A model generated the notes under the pieces. The model saw nothing but the letters and a program-made list of their open reading frames with translations. It made no database searches and was not told the origin of the DNA. A DNA stretch of 63,684 nt, the filler included, from Octopus bimaculoides (Eukaryota), in assembly GCF_001194135.2 (NCBI RefSeq). It is 3 parts of 3 records of this genome, joined end to end, with 100 filler letters (N's around TTAATTAATTAA, not from the genome) between each part and the next. Parts side by side here need not be neighbours in the genome. Positions count along the whole stretch, not along the records: positions 32,939 to 63,684 come from NC_068999.1; 2 more parts are not named here. One strand, given 5' to 3'. The position numbers were made by a program, and so were the translations under genes. Positions 39,166 to 52,779 of the stretch are shown here, one piece after another. Within the stretch, counting starts at the first letter, position 1. The number at the start of each line of letters is the position of its first letter.

Positions 39166-40872
39166 CATCGTTTAATGTCCGCTTTCCATGCTAGCATGGG
39201 TTGGACGATTTGATTGAGGACTGGTGAACCAGATGGCAACACCAGGCTCCAATCTGATTTAGCAGAGTTTCTACAGCTGGATGCCCTTCCTAACGCCAAC
39301 CACTCCGAGAGTAGTGGGTGCTTTTACGTGCCACCGGCACGAAGGCCAATCAGGCGCTACTGGCAACGGCCACGCTCAAAATGGTGTCTTTTACATGCCA
39401 CCTGCACAGGAGCCAGTCTAGCAGCACTGGCAACTATAATAAATTTCTGATTTGTTGGTGGATTGGCAAAATCATTAAAGCTTCAGAGAAAACGTTTTGT
39501 AGTATTTCTTAGTTCAAATCCTGCTGATATTAACTTTGTCTTTCATCCCTTGGGGGTCAGTAAAATAAAGTACCTTCAAAACTTGCTGGTCTTGTGCTCA
39601 AATTAATTGGTTGTGAACTGGCAGAATAGTTAGAGCATCAAACATAATGCTTAATGGCATTTCTCCTAGCTTTGCATCCTGAATTAAAATTCTACCAAGG
39701 TTGACTTTGTCTTTCATCCTTTCGAGGTTCATGATATAAGTACCAGGTGAGCTCTGGGGTCATGGTAATCGACTGTCTCCTCCTCCCCCAAAATTCCAGG
39801 CCTTGAGTTCACAGTAGAAAGTATTATGTCAGCAAGTTGGCAGAATTGTTAGCATGCAGGACCATTTCTCCTAGCTTTACGTTCTCAGTTCAAATTCGCT
39901 GGGGTTGATAAAATAAGTATAGGTGGAGGAGTGGCTGTGTGGTAAGTACTTTGCTTACCAACCACATGGTCTCGGGTTCAGTCCCACTGTGTGTCACCTT
40001 GTAAGTGGATTTGGTAGACGGAAACTGAAGAAGCCCTTCGTATATATATATGTGTGTGTGTGTGTCCAACATCGCTTGACAACCGATGCTGGTTCGGTAA
40101 AAGAGACCGATAGAATAAGTACTAGGCTTACAAAGAATAAGCTCTGGGGTCGATTTGCTCGACTATAAAGGTCGTGCTCCAGCATGGCCGCAGTCAAATG
40201 ACTGAAACAAGTGAAAGAGTATAGTTGAGCACTGGGGGTCGATGTGGAGGCACATGGCTTAGTGGTTAGGGGTGTTGGACTTGTGATTGTAAGATTGTGG
40301 TTTTAATCCATGGACCAGGCAACGTGTTGTGTTCTTGAGCAAAACACTCTATTTCATATTGCTCCAGTCCACTCAGCTGGCAAAAATGAATAATCCTGTG
40401 ACAGACTGGTGTCCCTTCCAGGTGGAGAATATATACGTCATGAAACTGGGAAACCAGCCCTTATGAGTTGGTATAACCTTTACCTTCTCTGAAATGCTGG
40501 CCTTATGCCAAAATTCAAAACCATTATTAAGCATACACTTTTCTTCAATTATATTTGATGTATTAAGCATGCTGAGGTATGTATCATCTCATATTCACTT
40601 TTAGTTTACTCAGATATTATAATGAGGTTTCAAAGCTGTGATTTTCTTTTCAACAAAATCTGTTTAAAAGTTGAGTAAAAGAAAGATAACTCATATTTTA
40701 ATTTTAAAAATTTGTTTTTGATCTACTATGGAATTACTTTTTAAATATTTATTGATCAAGAACCCTTAGTTACATGGTCTAGTACTGAATGTAATCAAAC
40801 AAACTGACCTGCTGTATTCATTTTACTAACAATTTCATTAAATCTATTTCTTGATGCTTACAGAATACATAA

Positions 40873-41092
40873 CTCTTCAGCATTTAAACTGGCCACATCC
40901 AGTCAAAATAGTCTACCAGTTTTATGTTCAAAATGGCCAGATCCAATCTCTCACACCTAGCTTACAATGTCATTCTAAAAATAAACAATCAGATCATTGA
41001 AATCTTGAAGCTGTGAGATATTAAATGATTAATTCAAAACAATGTGAATAAATTAACATTACATTTAACAGAATAATCTGAATACTAAAGGG
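40873..41092. mobile_element. piggyBac-like MITE
   Basis: Ends ctcttcagcatt...aatactaaaggg followed by TTAA; second copy 60441-60661 has TTAA on both sides (ttaa-ccctttagtgtt...aacactaaagag-ttaa). Confidence 0.75.
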
Positions 41093-41357
41093 TTAAGCTG
41101 CAAATTAGTAGAGTATTCAGCTGTTCTATCTTATTTCATGTAATCTGCACTATTTATAATCATACTATATCAGTTTTATATAGTATATTATAAAGCTCTC
41201 TTTTCAGTAGACTCTATCATATATTATAGTTTTTTAGGGAAGTTATATTCTTAGAGTAAAAAACTTTTATTCAAAGTAAAATATATGCTTTTTTACGCAA
41301 TTATTGAATTGTGATTTTGTATTTTAGTTATATTTAGAAACCTTTTGACTGTTTCAG

Positions 41358-41442
41358 GTAAAGGCTTGGCAGAGAAGAAATCGAAAAAGAAAACTCTCTC
41401 TTTACAAGATGTGCAAAGGAAGACACTAATTACAACTGATGG
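41358..41442 (+). CDS. KRI1: KRI1 homolog exon
   Basis: ttcag|gt...gg|gtaagt; KGLAEKKSKKKTLSLQDVQRKTLITTD(G), cf. MYLKDYERKVILEKAG; phase 1/2. Confidence 0.88.
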
Positions 41443-42005
41443 GTAAGTTTTATCCTGAAAATTTCCATGGTTCAGTTGTTAATGAGTGGAATAAGACTCA
41501 GCAGTAAAAACAGTTTTTACTATTGTATGAAAAAATAGATCTAAAGCAGGAAGAAAGTTATGTTGGTAATTTTGTTGCTAGGTAGACTTAGGCCTAATCC
41601 GGCATTCTTGTAGTACAGAAGGAGCTGATTTTGAATAGAAGCATGTAGGAGGAGTAGAAGGGAGTGACAGTGGCAGCAACAATAGCAGCAGTGCCAATGT
41701 GTTATGCTCATAATTAAAGCAACTGTCCCTGTTTTCTGAAGTTTGCCTGTTAGAAAACAAATTCTGCTTCTCCCAATAAGAAGGCCATCCAGCTGAAAAA
41801 GCATTTGCTTTAACAAAAAGCAGCCCTTCTTTGCATGCAAAAATTAGTGCAAAATGGTAAAAATAAGAAATTGTTTAGAAGAACTAATAATATATTTCAA
41901 ATAAAACATAGATAGAAATTGTTGGATGTGACACTTAACTCATGATTTAAATGTTTTCCCTAAAGTGATGGAAAGTGTACGTAAATTAAATGGTTTTCAT
42001 TTTAG

Positions 42006-42101
42006 TGCTCCACCAGGGGATGAAAAAATCAGATATGAAGAAGATATTGATGAGCCAGTAGTACCAAGTTATTATGAAGAGCAGGAACAATTAAAAAAAC
42101 A
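42006..42101 (+). CDS. KRI1: KRI1 homolog exon
   Basis: tttag|t...ca|gtaagt; APPGDEKIRYEEDIDEPVVPSYYEEQEQLKK(Q), cf. SYVEEQKQLKES; phase 2/2. Confidence 0.9.
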
Positions 42102-44401
42102 GTAAGTATCAGATCTTGGTTCCTTAACCATGGACAATGCACAACTAAAACTATTATACTCTACAAATGGTAAACTTTAAAATCTGTGACAAACTTTTAG
42201 TGTGATCCTGTAAACTTTTTTAACACCAACTTATTTTAGAGTATTCATTGGCATCAGCATCTTAAGGTCCACTTTTCCATGCTTACTTGATTCAGGCATA
42301 ATTTGTTGAGGCATATTTTCTATAGCTGGATGCCCTTACTTTTATCTTTTACTTGTTTCAGTCATTAGGCGTTGGCCATGCTGGGGCACCACCTTGAATT
42401 TTTAGTCAAATGAATCAACCCCAGTACTTAAATTTCTTATTAACACACACACACACACACACTTGCATACATTTGCAATAGACTTGTTTCGTTCTCCATC
42501 TATCAAATCCGTTTTGGTTGACCCATAGACTGAACTCAAAACCTTGTAGTTAGGAAGCAAACTTCTTTGCCACACAGCAAAAAAATAAAACTGCGTAACT
42601 TAATTTTTATGTATGAACCTTTTGCTGAGTTATTTTAAACAACAGCTTAATATATTAATAAATGGAAAAAATTAGTTTTAATGAATCTCTTTAGGTTCTC
42701 AGTTATTTCCAGCATTAATTGAAAAGTGTATTTCATTAGAACTATGTTGATAAAAAAATTAAGTAGCTTAGACTATTTCTTTTTTATGGCCAACGTAATT
42801 TTTTTTATCTTGGATATGTGTTAACTCTACATATGACAAAGTCTACAATATATCAGAGCACACACACACATCATGTCATTCTATAACAAATAACTGGCAC
42901 TTTGTTGGTTATGATGGAAAGTGTTTCAGTTGATCCAATCAATGGAACAGTCTGCTCATGAAATCAACATGCAAGCAACTGAGAACTCTACGGACATGCA
43001 TTCACTTAAAAGTAGTTCTCAGGGAGGTACATCACATTTTTGCCAGCTGAGTGGACTGAAGCAATGTGAAATAAAGTGTCTTGCTCAAGGACACAATGCA
43101 CTGCCAGGAATCAAACTCATTCTCTTACAATTGTGTACTGAATACTTAAACCACTAAACCACATGCCTTCACGAATAGCAGGTGTAAAAATTGATAAAGT
43201 ACAAAACATATGACGCAAACATATGTTTATGTATGCGCCATATACATATTCTTTTACATATTTCTATCATTTGACTGCAGCCATGCTGGAGCACCACCTT
43301 AAAGGGCTTTAGTCAAACAAGTTGACTCTAGGGTTTATTTCTTGTAAGCCTAGTGCTTATTCTATCAGTCTCTTTTGCCGAACTGCTAAGTTACAGGGAT
43401 GTAAACACACTAACATTGGTTGTCAAGCAATGGTGGAATGGTGGGGGACAAACACAGACACAAAGATACTCACATAAATATATATATATATATATATANN
43501 NNNNNNNNNNNNNNNNNNNNNNNNNNNNNNNNNNNNNNNNNNNNNNNNNNNNNNNNNNNNNNNNNNNNNNNNNNNNNNNNNNNNNNNNNNNNNNNNNNNN
43601 NNNNNNNATGCTTCTTTCAGTTTCTGTCTACCAAATCTACTCAAGGCCTGGGGCTATAGTAGAAGACATTTGTCCAAGGTGCCGTGCAGTGGGACTGAAT
43701 CCGGAACCATGTGGTTGGGAAGCAAGCTTCTTACCACTCAGCTATGCCTTTCCCTTGTAAGGCCACAGATTGAATCTAGTAAAAACACAAAAAAAAGAGG
43801 TCAAGTTACACACACACGCACACACAGATATGCAAAAGTGTCCACTCAAGTTACGTAGATATGCAGGTGTGTGCACTCAAACATGCAAATAGTTGTGTGT
43901 CAGTATCATTTTTCAACAAGTGAAGGAGAGCGTGTATATTTTCTCAAATGCTGCTGCCACAGGCACCAAGAGTGACAGCTATGATGTTACCCAAAGCACT
44001 CTGAACATAGCAATTTATGAAAATATGTGAAGAGACTGAAATAATGATAAGTATGTTGGTGTGAGGAGTAAGCTATACTTATTTGTGTGTATGTGTGTGT
44101 GCATATATGTTTTATATACATACATATACATATGGATGTGTGTGTGTGTATATACGTATTTAAGTGTTTGCATTTGATCTCTGTGAAAGTCACGAGCTAT
44201 GAGTGGTATTATTTGTTGTCAACAGATTATCTGCTCACTTCATTCATTTAGGAATGTGTAAAATAAAGATCTATTACTTCAAAAACAGATATGAGTTGGT
44301 AACAGGAAGGTCTTCCCATTGTAAATGTCTTGATATACATTTGTCTAACCCATACCAGCATAGAAAAATAGATGTAAAAACAAAGAAATGTGTATGTCCT
44401 T

Positions 44402-44494
<93 letters not shown>

Positions 44495-44999
44495 TACAAG
44501 TGTGACTCTGTGGTAAGAAGCTTGTAAGTACCTTGAGCAAGTGTCTTCTATTATATCCCTGGGCTGATCAAAGCTTTGTGAGTGGATTTGGGTGGTAGAA
44601 ACTGAAAGAAGCCCATCATATGTATTTGTGTGTGTGCATATCTTCCCTTCCCCTTACTCATTCCACCCATAATTGCCTTATAATGTAGGACATCCCTTTC
44701 ATGCCCTCCCCTCATATACAACCACTTACTAGTTTGTCTTCACTCTTTCTTATTAACCTCAACTTTAATTCTTTCTCTTTCTCCTCTCCCTTCTATACTC
44801 CCTCCCCCACACTCTGTTACACTCTCTTCCACCACCACATAACAAGTATAATTCTGTTCGTTTCATCATACTTTTACCCTCTCACATCACCTCTGAAATT
44901 GGAATTCTTCTTCAGTTATAGGACTTCCTTTAGCCCCTTTAATCTTGCAAGTTGTGAGGCAACCTTGTTATTGACAGTGGTGTGCCAAAAGTACCCAGT

Positions 45000-46560
45000 C
45001 ATCATCATCATCATCATTTAAGGTCCATTTTCCATACTGGCATGGGTTAGATGATTTGGCTGGGGCTGGTAAACCGGAGAGCTATTTCAGGCTCCAGTCG
45101 TCTGTTTTGGTTTGGTTTCTACAGCTGGATACCCTTCTTAACATCAATTACTTGACAGAGTGTACTGGATGCATTTTGTGTCTCTGGCACAGGTACTTTT
45201 TACATGTCCCCAGCACTGGCCATGATTTCACTAAGCTTGACGTGTCTTCTCAACAGCAAATTTCCAGAAGTCTCAGTCACTTCTCATCACCTCCATGAAG
45301 CTCAACAACTGAAGATCATATTTCACCACCTCATCCCACATCTTCCTGGGTCTACCCCTTCCACAGGTTCCCTCCACAATTACCGATTGGCTCTTCTTTA
45401 TACAGTTGTCCTCATCTATATGCACCACATAACCACACCAGCACAGTCTTCTCTCTTGCACACTACATTTGATGCCTCTTACACCCAATTTTTCTCTTAT
45501 AACACACTGTCATACATGCACACTGACATTGCACTTCCAGTGGAACATGCTGGCTTCATTTCTTTGAAGCCTTTGCAAGTCCTCTGCAGTCACAGCTCAT
45601 GTTCCACTGCCATGTAGCATGGCTGTTTGTACACAGGTATCATACAATCTGCCTTTCACTCTGCTACCTGTTTTCATTCTAGCAGCTACACTCTCAGAGC
45701 ATCCTCTTCCACTACTAACTTGGTCACCTAGGTAACAGAAGCTATTTACTACTTCTAAGTCCCCCCCCCTCCCGGGGCATTTGAGGAAGTCTATTTTCTG
45801 TACATTCCTAGTCTGTGTATCAACACATCTGATACACACAATGAATTTCTCTGTTAACCTTCTGTTACTGCTATGTCTCTTATGTATCTATAGCTCGCAC
45901 TGCATATGCTGTACAGAGTTTCTACCAACATCTTTCCCACATATTGAGCAGGGCCATCTTCCTGAAGGGAATTGTCATTTGTCTATTTTCCTACTCACTA
46001 GGACTTTGATCTTTTCTAAATTAACTCTAAAGCCCTTTGATTCCCAACCTTGCTTCTACACCTGAAATTTCTTCTCTAGTTCTGGTAGTGATTTGGTTAT
46101 AAGAATAAGGTCATCAGCGTAGAGGAGCCCCCCAGGGGGCAGCCAGTTTTAAATTGCTGTGATGAACAAGAGGGAGTTGAGAACTGATCCTTGATGAACT
46201 CCTGCCTGTACACTAAATTCATTGCTGTATACCCGTTGCCAACTTTCACCTTACTGACAGCATCCCTGTACATGGCTTGTACAGCTCTTACCAACCACAC
46301 ATCTATCCCTAGCATCCACATTGACCACCAGATAAGGGTGCAGGAGACCCTGTCAAAAGCTTTCTCCATGTCAACAAAAACCAAGTACAGAGGTTTATTT
46401 TTGGCTAAATACTTCTCTTGAAGTTGCCTTGCCAGGAATATAGCACCAGTAATGAATCTGCTTGGCATAAAACCAATTTGCATCTCATCTAGACTAACTC
46501 TCTTCCTAATTATTTGAGCTATGACCCTCTCTGTAACTTTCATCACTTGGTCCAGCAATT
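45000..46560 (-). mobile_element. RTE-clade LINE, 5'-truncated, with (GAT)n tail
   Basis: GIKLLDQVMKVTERVIAQIIRKRVSLDEMQIGFMP...FVDMEKAFDRV, VNSFCYLGDQVSSGRGCSESVAAR, LYDTCVQTAMLHGS; 3' end resembles SINE family C. Confidence 0.9.
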
Positions 46561-47491
46561 TGATACCAGTATACTTTATAAAGTTATTAGAGTTGGGAAG
46601 GACATCCAGCTGTAGAAAGAATGTCAAAACAGAGATTGGAGCATGACATGAAACCTGTCAAACTGTCCAATCCATGCCAGCATGGAGAACAGATATTTTA
46701 TGATAATGGCTTTATATATATATATTATACTTTGATAAACTGTAACATTTAGTCTGCTGAAATGAATTGATAGGTCCACATATAACATCCAAAGGTATGT
46801 CGTTTTTTTCTCTGATGAAATTATACTCCTGTCACATAAATGTAAATTTAATGTACAAATTTGTAATTATATTATGGAGTATTAATTGAAACAGCTGTAA
46901 GAAGCAAAGATAACCAATTTGTTAATAATAAACAATTATTAATTTACTTATCTCCATTTTCTTTTCTTCTTTTAAATGGATATAAACTATATGCTTAATA
47001 TATACCTATTGTTTTAAGGGAATTTCATTCCCCCAAAATACTAGGTATTGAACCAGTATTTCCTTGGCTGCAACCATCCCTTCACAAGGTTAACATATCC
47101 TCTAACTAAATTATACACACACACACATTTCTTTTCTTCCATCTAAACTGTATTTATTGTTTACAGAAATTTTATATCATGTTGTTCAGTGGTAGAAATA
47201 ACAAAGACATCCACCAGTTCAACTACTTATAGTGATTAATAGTGATTAAAATGTACAGTCTCTTTGGATCCACGTTCTTGAAGTATTTTCAATAAAAATT
47301 TCCTTATTCTCACAAGTCCATATTAAATATAGAGAATGTATGTAATTTCTTTTAAAATGGCATAATATTTAACAGCACAGGTTTACTCATAGTTATAATT
47401 AGTTTTAAAAACCTTCAGCTTCATTTTGTTATACAATACATTATAAAGGTAAAATAGTTGTTTACATTCTTTAATTCCTTGTTGTTCATAG

Positions 47492-47567
47492 ATTCCACGA
47501 AGCAGCTTCCTCCATACCAGATGAAGAAGATATTCTTCTAAAGAAATCAGGTGAAAATACAGAATCT
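47492..47567 (+). CDS. KRI1: KRI1 homolog exon
   Basis: catag|a...tct|gtgagt; FHEAASSIPDEEDILLKKSGENTES; phase 2/0. Confidence 0.85.
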
Positions 47568-47708
47568 GTGAGTTAACTTCAAAATTTTCATGTGCATTTA
47601 TATATTCTTTGTAATGCTAGCAGGAGTTAGAAAGTTCTACAACAGTGATATACAGTGTGTATGTGGTATGGTCATACTTAACATTCTAATGATCTTTATT
47701 TGCTACAG

Positions 47709-47789
47709 GAAAAGGAAGAAGACTATCGATCATTTTTGAAAGGAAAAACAAGTAAGCTAAAGAAAAGTAAGAAGATTAGTCATGAACTG
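47709..47789 (+). CDS. KRI1: KRI1 homolog exon
   Basis: ctacag|gaa...ctg|gtaagt; EKEEDYRSFLKGKTSKLKKSKKISHEL, cf. EEADYIEWLKGQ; phase 0/0. Confidence 0.9.
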
Positions 47790-47879
47790 GTAAGTAATCT
47801 GCATAGATTATGTTGACTGAGATAAGTGGGAGTTCGGGGAAGAGTTTTATTTCTTCATTTTGTGCACAAAATTTATAAC

Positions 47880-49545
47880 ACTAGAATTATAGACTCTTCC
47901 TCCTTGGAATGGCTTTCAATTGAAATTTTGAAGTGGTATTACTGTTTGTTGACTTCTCAAAAGCTTTTGACTCTATCCACCATGGTAAAATGGAAAAAAA
48001 TACTGTTAGCTTATGGTATCCTTGAGAAAACAGCAGCAGCAATTATGATGCTATGTGACAACACCAAATCAGTGGTAAGATCCACAGATGAAGATATAAA
48101 TTTCTTTGATATCAGAGCCAGAGTATTCCAATGAAGCACATTGGCACCTTTTCTCTTTGTAGTCACTCTCGATTTTGTCCTCAGAACATCACTCGACAAT
48201 CTAAACAGCCTCAGTTCCACATCCAGGTTGAAATAACTGGTGTAGACTATGCTGATGATTAAGCATTTGCTCTCTGACACATTACAAACTCCACCGAATT
48301 TCTTCATAGTATAGAATTAGTTGCACATGATGTTGGACTGCTTGTTAATCATAGTAAAACTAAATTCATTGCTCACAATAAACAAGGATCCATCACCAAC
48401 ATCAGCGGAGATCCTATCAATCAAGTTGATGATTTCACATACCTCGGTTCTAAGATAGCCTCAACTGAAAAGGATGGGAAAACTTGGACAACCAAAGTAT
48501 GGTTGGTCCTTAACAAACTGGATGTTGTCTAGAAATCAATTCTGTCAGACAACCTTTTAAGAGGTATTTTTTCTGTACAACAGCAAAGTTGGTCCTTTTA
48601 TATGAAGCAACAGCCCGGATGTTTACTAAAAAAAACTGGAATCCAAGCCAGATGGAACATACACCCAAATGTTTAGAGCAGTCTTAAATATATCTTGGAG
48701 AACTCATCCTAGCAAGAAACAGCTGTATGGAGATTTCCTGCCTGTTTCCAACATTATAGGAAGGATCTTTCTGATTTGGCGGGCGCCACTTTTTATTTAT
48801 GTTTTATTTAGTGTGTTTTCTACTGAAACACTTTCAAACTTCATATACTTGTATATTTTGTGTTATAGAACAGATAAAAAATGTTGTATTCGAAGTTATT
48901 TCATGTAAAAAAATTGTCATATTTCGGTAATTTCAACCAATCACTGACGTCTATTGAGGTGAAAACAATTACTGCTATGGATTGTCAACAAAACGTTGTA
49001 CGGTGTAATGGGATCTTTTCCCTTGAATAAAATTAGTGCCGTTGTTTGTCAACAACAACTATCGGCAGTACTATTATTTATGACATCNNNNNNNNNNNNN
49101 NNNNNNNNNNNNNNNNNNNNNNNNNNNNNNNNNNNNNNNNNNNNNNNNTGGGTTATGGCAAAAATACTCATAACCCTAACTCTAACCCTAAAACCAGTAC
49201 AAACGCACGAACGATGTCATAAATAACAGTACCATCAATAGTTGTTGTTGACAAACAACAGCACTAATTTTATTCAAGGGAAAAGATCCCATTACACTGC
49301 ACAACGTTTTGTTGACAATCCATAGCAGTAATTGTTTTCACCGAAATATGACAATTTTTAACACGAAATAACTTTAAAAAGATAAAATTTTCTCAATAAC
49401 ACTAAGAGTAAAAGATGTTTTATATGACACATTCTACTAGTGTCCCAAGTTTGAAAGTGTTTCGTTAAGAAAACAAGTGGCACCCGCCAAATCAGAAAGA
49501 TCCTATAGGAGAAAGGTGCTTACACTTTGCGGGACATTACTGTTG
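47880..49545 (+). mobile_element. RTE-clade LINE fragment interrupted by a foldback element
   Basis: FDSIHHGKMEKILLAYGI..., TLAPFLFVVTLDFVLR, DDFTYLGS; the frame NIIGERCLHFAGH is restored when 48762-49504 plus one TSD is removed. Confidence 0.85.
48762..49504. mobile_element. Foldback element with ~300-bp inverted arms and 6-bp TSD
   Basis: Ends AGGATCTTTCTGATTTGGCGGG / CCCGCCAAATCAGAAAGATCCT; TSD atagga at 48756-48761 and 49505-49510; arms about 48762-49087 and 49205-49504. Confidence 0.85.
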
Positions 49546-50006
49546 AACTAAATGAGGTGCCGTGCAGTGGAACTGAGTCTGAAATTGTATAGTTGGGGAG
49601 CAAACTTCTTTACCATAATGACTTGCACTTCCTCATCCCCCACCAACTCTCCCCTACAGTAAATGTCACTCCCCCCACCCCCACTCTTCTATACCACCCT
49701 TAGCCTGAACAGCCACCTCAGGCACCAGTACCCTTCACTCATCAGAATGAAGAGGCTCGATCACAGGCTACAGATTTATTACTCTGATACAAGCTCACAC
49801 CATTGCTAAGAACTGTCTGGCCTTAACAATTTTTTAAAAATATGGTTGAGCAGAATAATCCACTCTTTTCTAACATAGAACATCCCAACATTTGAACAAT
49901 GATAGTCTTTATCATATTCTTGATGAAAATAAGAATGAGATTTTGGGATGACTTGCAGCTTGAAGGCATTGAAAATGAGTCTATCATGTTTTGTTTCATT
50001 TTTCAG

Positions 50007-50104
50007 TCTGTCCTGAAAGACTTTTGGTCAAAATCTGATCTTGATGAAGGAGAAGTCTTTCTTCGCGATTACATCCTTAACAAAGGTTACAAAGCAAATA
50101 ATTC
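50007..50104 (+). CDS. KRI1: KRI1 homolog exon
   Basis: tttcag|tct...tc|gtgagt; [32 protein letters not shown](S) matches [26 protein letters not shown]; phase 0/2. Confidence 0.97.
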
Positions 50105-51537
50105 GTGAGTATACCAACTCATTTTTTTATTCTTTTATTTGTTTCAGTCATTTGACTGCGGCCATGCTGAAGCACCGCCTTTAGTTGAACAAATCAGCTG
50201 CAGGACTTATTCTTTGTAAGCCTAGTACTTATTCTATTGGTGTCTTTTGTCGAATTGCTAAGTTATGGGGGCATAAGCACACCAGCATTTTTTTGTTTTT
50301 ATAAACTAAAATGCTCAATCAATCAAATAAGTTTTATGTGTGTGTGTGTGTGTACAAGAATCAAAATTGTCTACAGAAAAGATGGACCATTCAATTTTGT
50401 TCATGTTAAATTCAAAACCAGGACATCTATAAATACTTCACTGATAACCATTTGACCATTTTCGACCATATATACAGAAGACTTGGACTAACCATTAACT
50501 CCAGGAAGGCTTAGATCATCTACCAAACTGACCAGAGTTATTAATTCAGCTTGACAAAACAATCTTGGGAAACATGAACTATTTTCTGTATCTTTGATAT
50601 TACATCTCCTCCAGTATTGTTCTTGATGAGATCCAGTCTTGTCTTAAATTGAGTATGGCTGGTATTGAGCATGATAGCTGGGTCCTGTCTGTTTTACTAC
50701 TTAGTAATACTTCATACATGCATGCATGTGTGCATGTACACTCGCCTACATACACACATCATCATCATCATCGTTTAACGTCTGCTTTCCATGCTAGCAT
50801 GGGCTGGATGATTTGACTGAGGATTGGTGAACCAGATGGCTACACCAGGCTCCAATCTGATTTGGCAGAGTTTCTACAGCTGGATGCCCTTCCTAACGCC
50901 AACCACTCTGAGAGTGTAGTGGGTGCTTTTACGTGTCACCGGCACGAAGGCCAGTCAGGCGGTACTGGCGCTCAAAATGGTGTATTTTATGTGCCACCTG
51001 CACAAGGGCCAGTCCAGGGGCACTGGCAACAATCTCACTCGAAAGTCCTTACACATGCCGCAGGCACAAGTGCCAGAAAGGCGACACTGGGCACAGGTGC
51101 CATGACGATTTCGCTTTCGCTTGCCCCAACAGGTCTTCGCAAACTGAAAGTTCTTGTTTCTACTTCTTGCATGAGCTTGTCTGAACAAGAAACAATATCA
51201 CCATGTTTACATTCCTAAAGACAACATTGTTGTCTTTAGGAATTGCAGGTCTGCTCTCTCAAAGTAGTGGAATAAAAGTTCTCTTACTTGTAAAACAGGA
51301 AAAGATTGTCATCAGGAAGAGCATCCAGTTTTTCTCTCAGTTCATTTAAAAGAAATTCAAAAAGGTCTACACACGTGAGTTAGTCAATTAGTAAGGTATT
51401 ATTGCTAAGATATTGTCTTAAGGTATTAGAACAAATAATGAGCAAGATGTGAGCTTTGCATGTGTACTGTATGAAGCTTGAAAGAAAAGCAGCCAATGGC
51501 ATGTTGATTTATGTAGGGATTTCTCTTTATTTTATAG

Positions 51538-51661
51538 AATCCCTTCATATAAAGATATTATCAAAGATGAGGAGTTTTCAGAAGATGAAGAAGTAATCAC
51601 CAAACAAGATAATTTTGAAAGAGAATATAATTTTCGGTTTGAAGAGCCAGACAGAAAGTTT
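51538..51661 (+). CDS. KRI1: KRI1 homolog exon
   Basis: ttatag|a...ttt|gtaagt; IPSYKDIIKDEEFSEDEEVITKQDNFEREYNFRFEEPDRKF contains the Kri1 signature FExxYNFRFEEPD; phase 2/0. Confidence 0.97.
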
Positions 51662-52779
51662 GTAAGTTACTATAGGTCTTTTTTACTATTGATATATTTA
51701 AACACAACTTCTTAATTTTCTTTCGCTGTTTCTTTATTTTATACATATTTTTTCTAATAAAAGTCAATATTTCTTTGTTGATTTATAGAATGCAATCTTT
51801 CCTATCACACTTGTGTAATGTCTTTGCATTTCAGCTCCCTGTGTAGCATATATGAAATCACATGGCTGTGTGGTAAGAAGCTTGCTTCCCAACCACATGG
51901 TTCCAATTTCAGTCCTACTGCAAATGTCTTCTACTATAGCCTTGGGAAGTACCAGGCTTTAAAAAATTAGTCCTGGAGTTGATTTGTTTGATTAAAACAT
52001 GCTCCAGCATGGCCACAGTCAAATGACTGAAACAAATAGAATATCCAAGGCCCCTTGTACATTGCAAATCTTTCTAAGAGCTCCCAGTTTTTTTCCATCT
52101 TTATTTCTACCTCCAGTTCTCATTTCCATATAGTTCTTGACTTTCCTACCATTCTCTTACTCTGAGGTTTTACATAGTGTGTACATTTCAGGTGCCTATT
52201 CTTGAGGTAGGAAAACACTTCAGTCCTTTAGCTTTCCTCAAGGAATTTTGACTAGAGGATATCATCAGTTACTGAGGCAGAGGGGCTCTTGGTTTAGAAA
52301 GGCATGTTTTTTGTTGTTTTGCCAACGTTTCTGCAGCAAGGTGCTAATCTTTCCTCCAGCAGCCAACATGGAGGAATTGTCTTTTCTTAGCAGCATTTTA
52401 CTGTGCCATACCCACAAACAAGCCTTGTACCAGTTTTTATATTTCTTGGAGAGATCTCCATTCTTACACAGGGACCACAACTGTAACAAATAGTAAATGA
52501 CATTAATATTCCTTGCAATTATTCTGCTACTGTTGTGTAACCCAATAAACTCTGATCACAGAGTCAGTAGTATGAAAATTAACATTCAAATGCATGAATG
52601 ATTGCTGATATATAACAGCTTTCATTTCTGATAAATTGAGACCTTATTGCTCAAATAGTTTTTCTAACTGGCTGTCCATAAGAACTTCAAAATGCTGATG
52701 ATCTAGTCCTCAAAGCTGAATCTATAGGGGAATTAGGGAAGAAATTCCCATATGAGCACACCTTAAATTGGGTCACTGT

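Noticed and set aside
52090-52490. 74-aa ORF with a plausible splice acceptor (LWSLCKNGDLSKKYKNWYK...)
   Set aside because: Immediately downstream sequence reads RIGT*NVHTM, the start of an RTE endonuclease, so this is more likely LINE 5' sequence; it does not match AATF.
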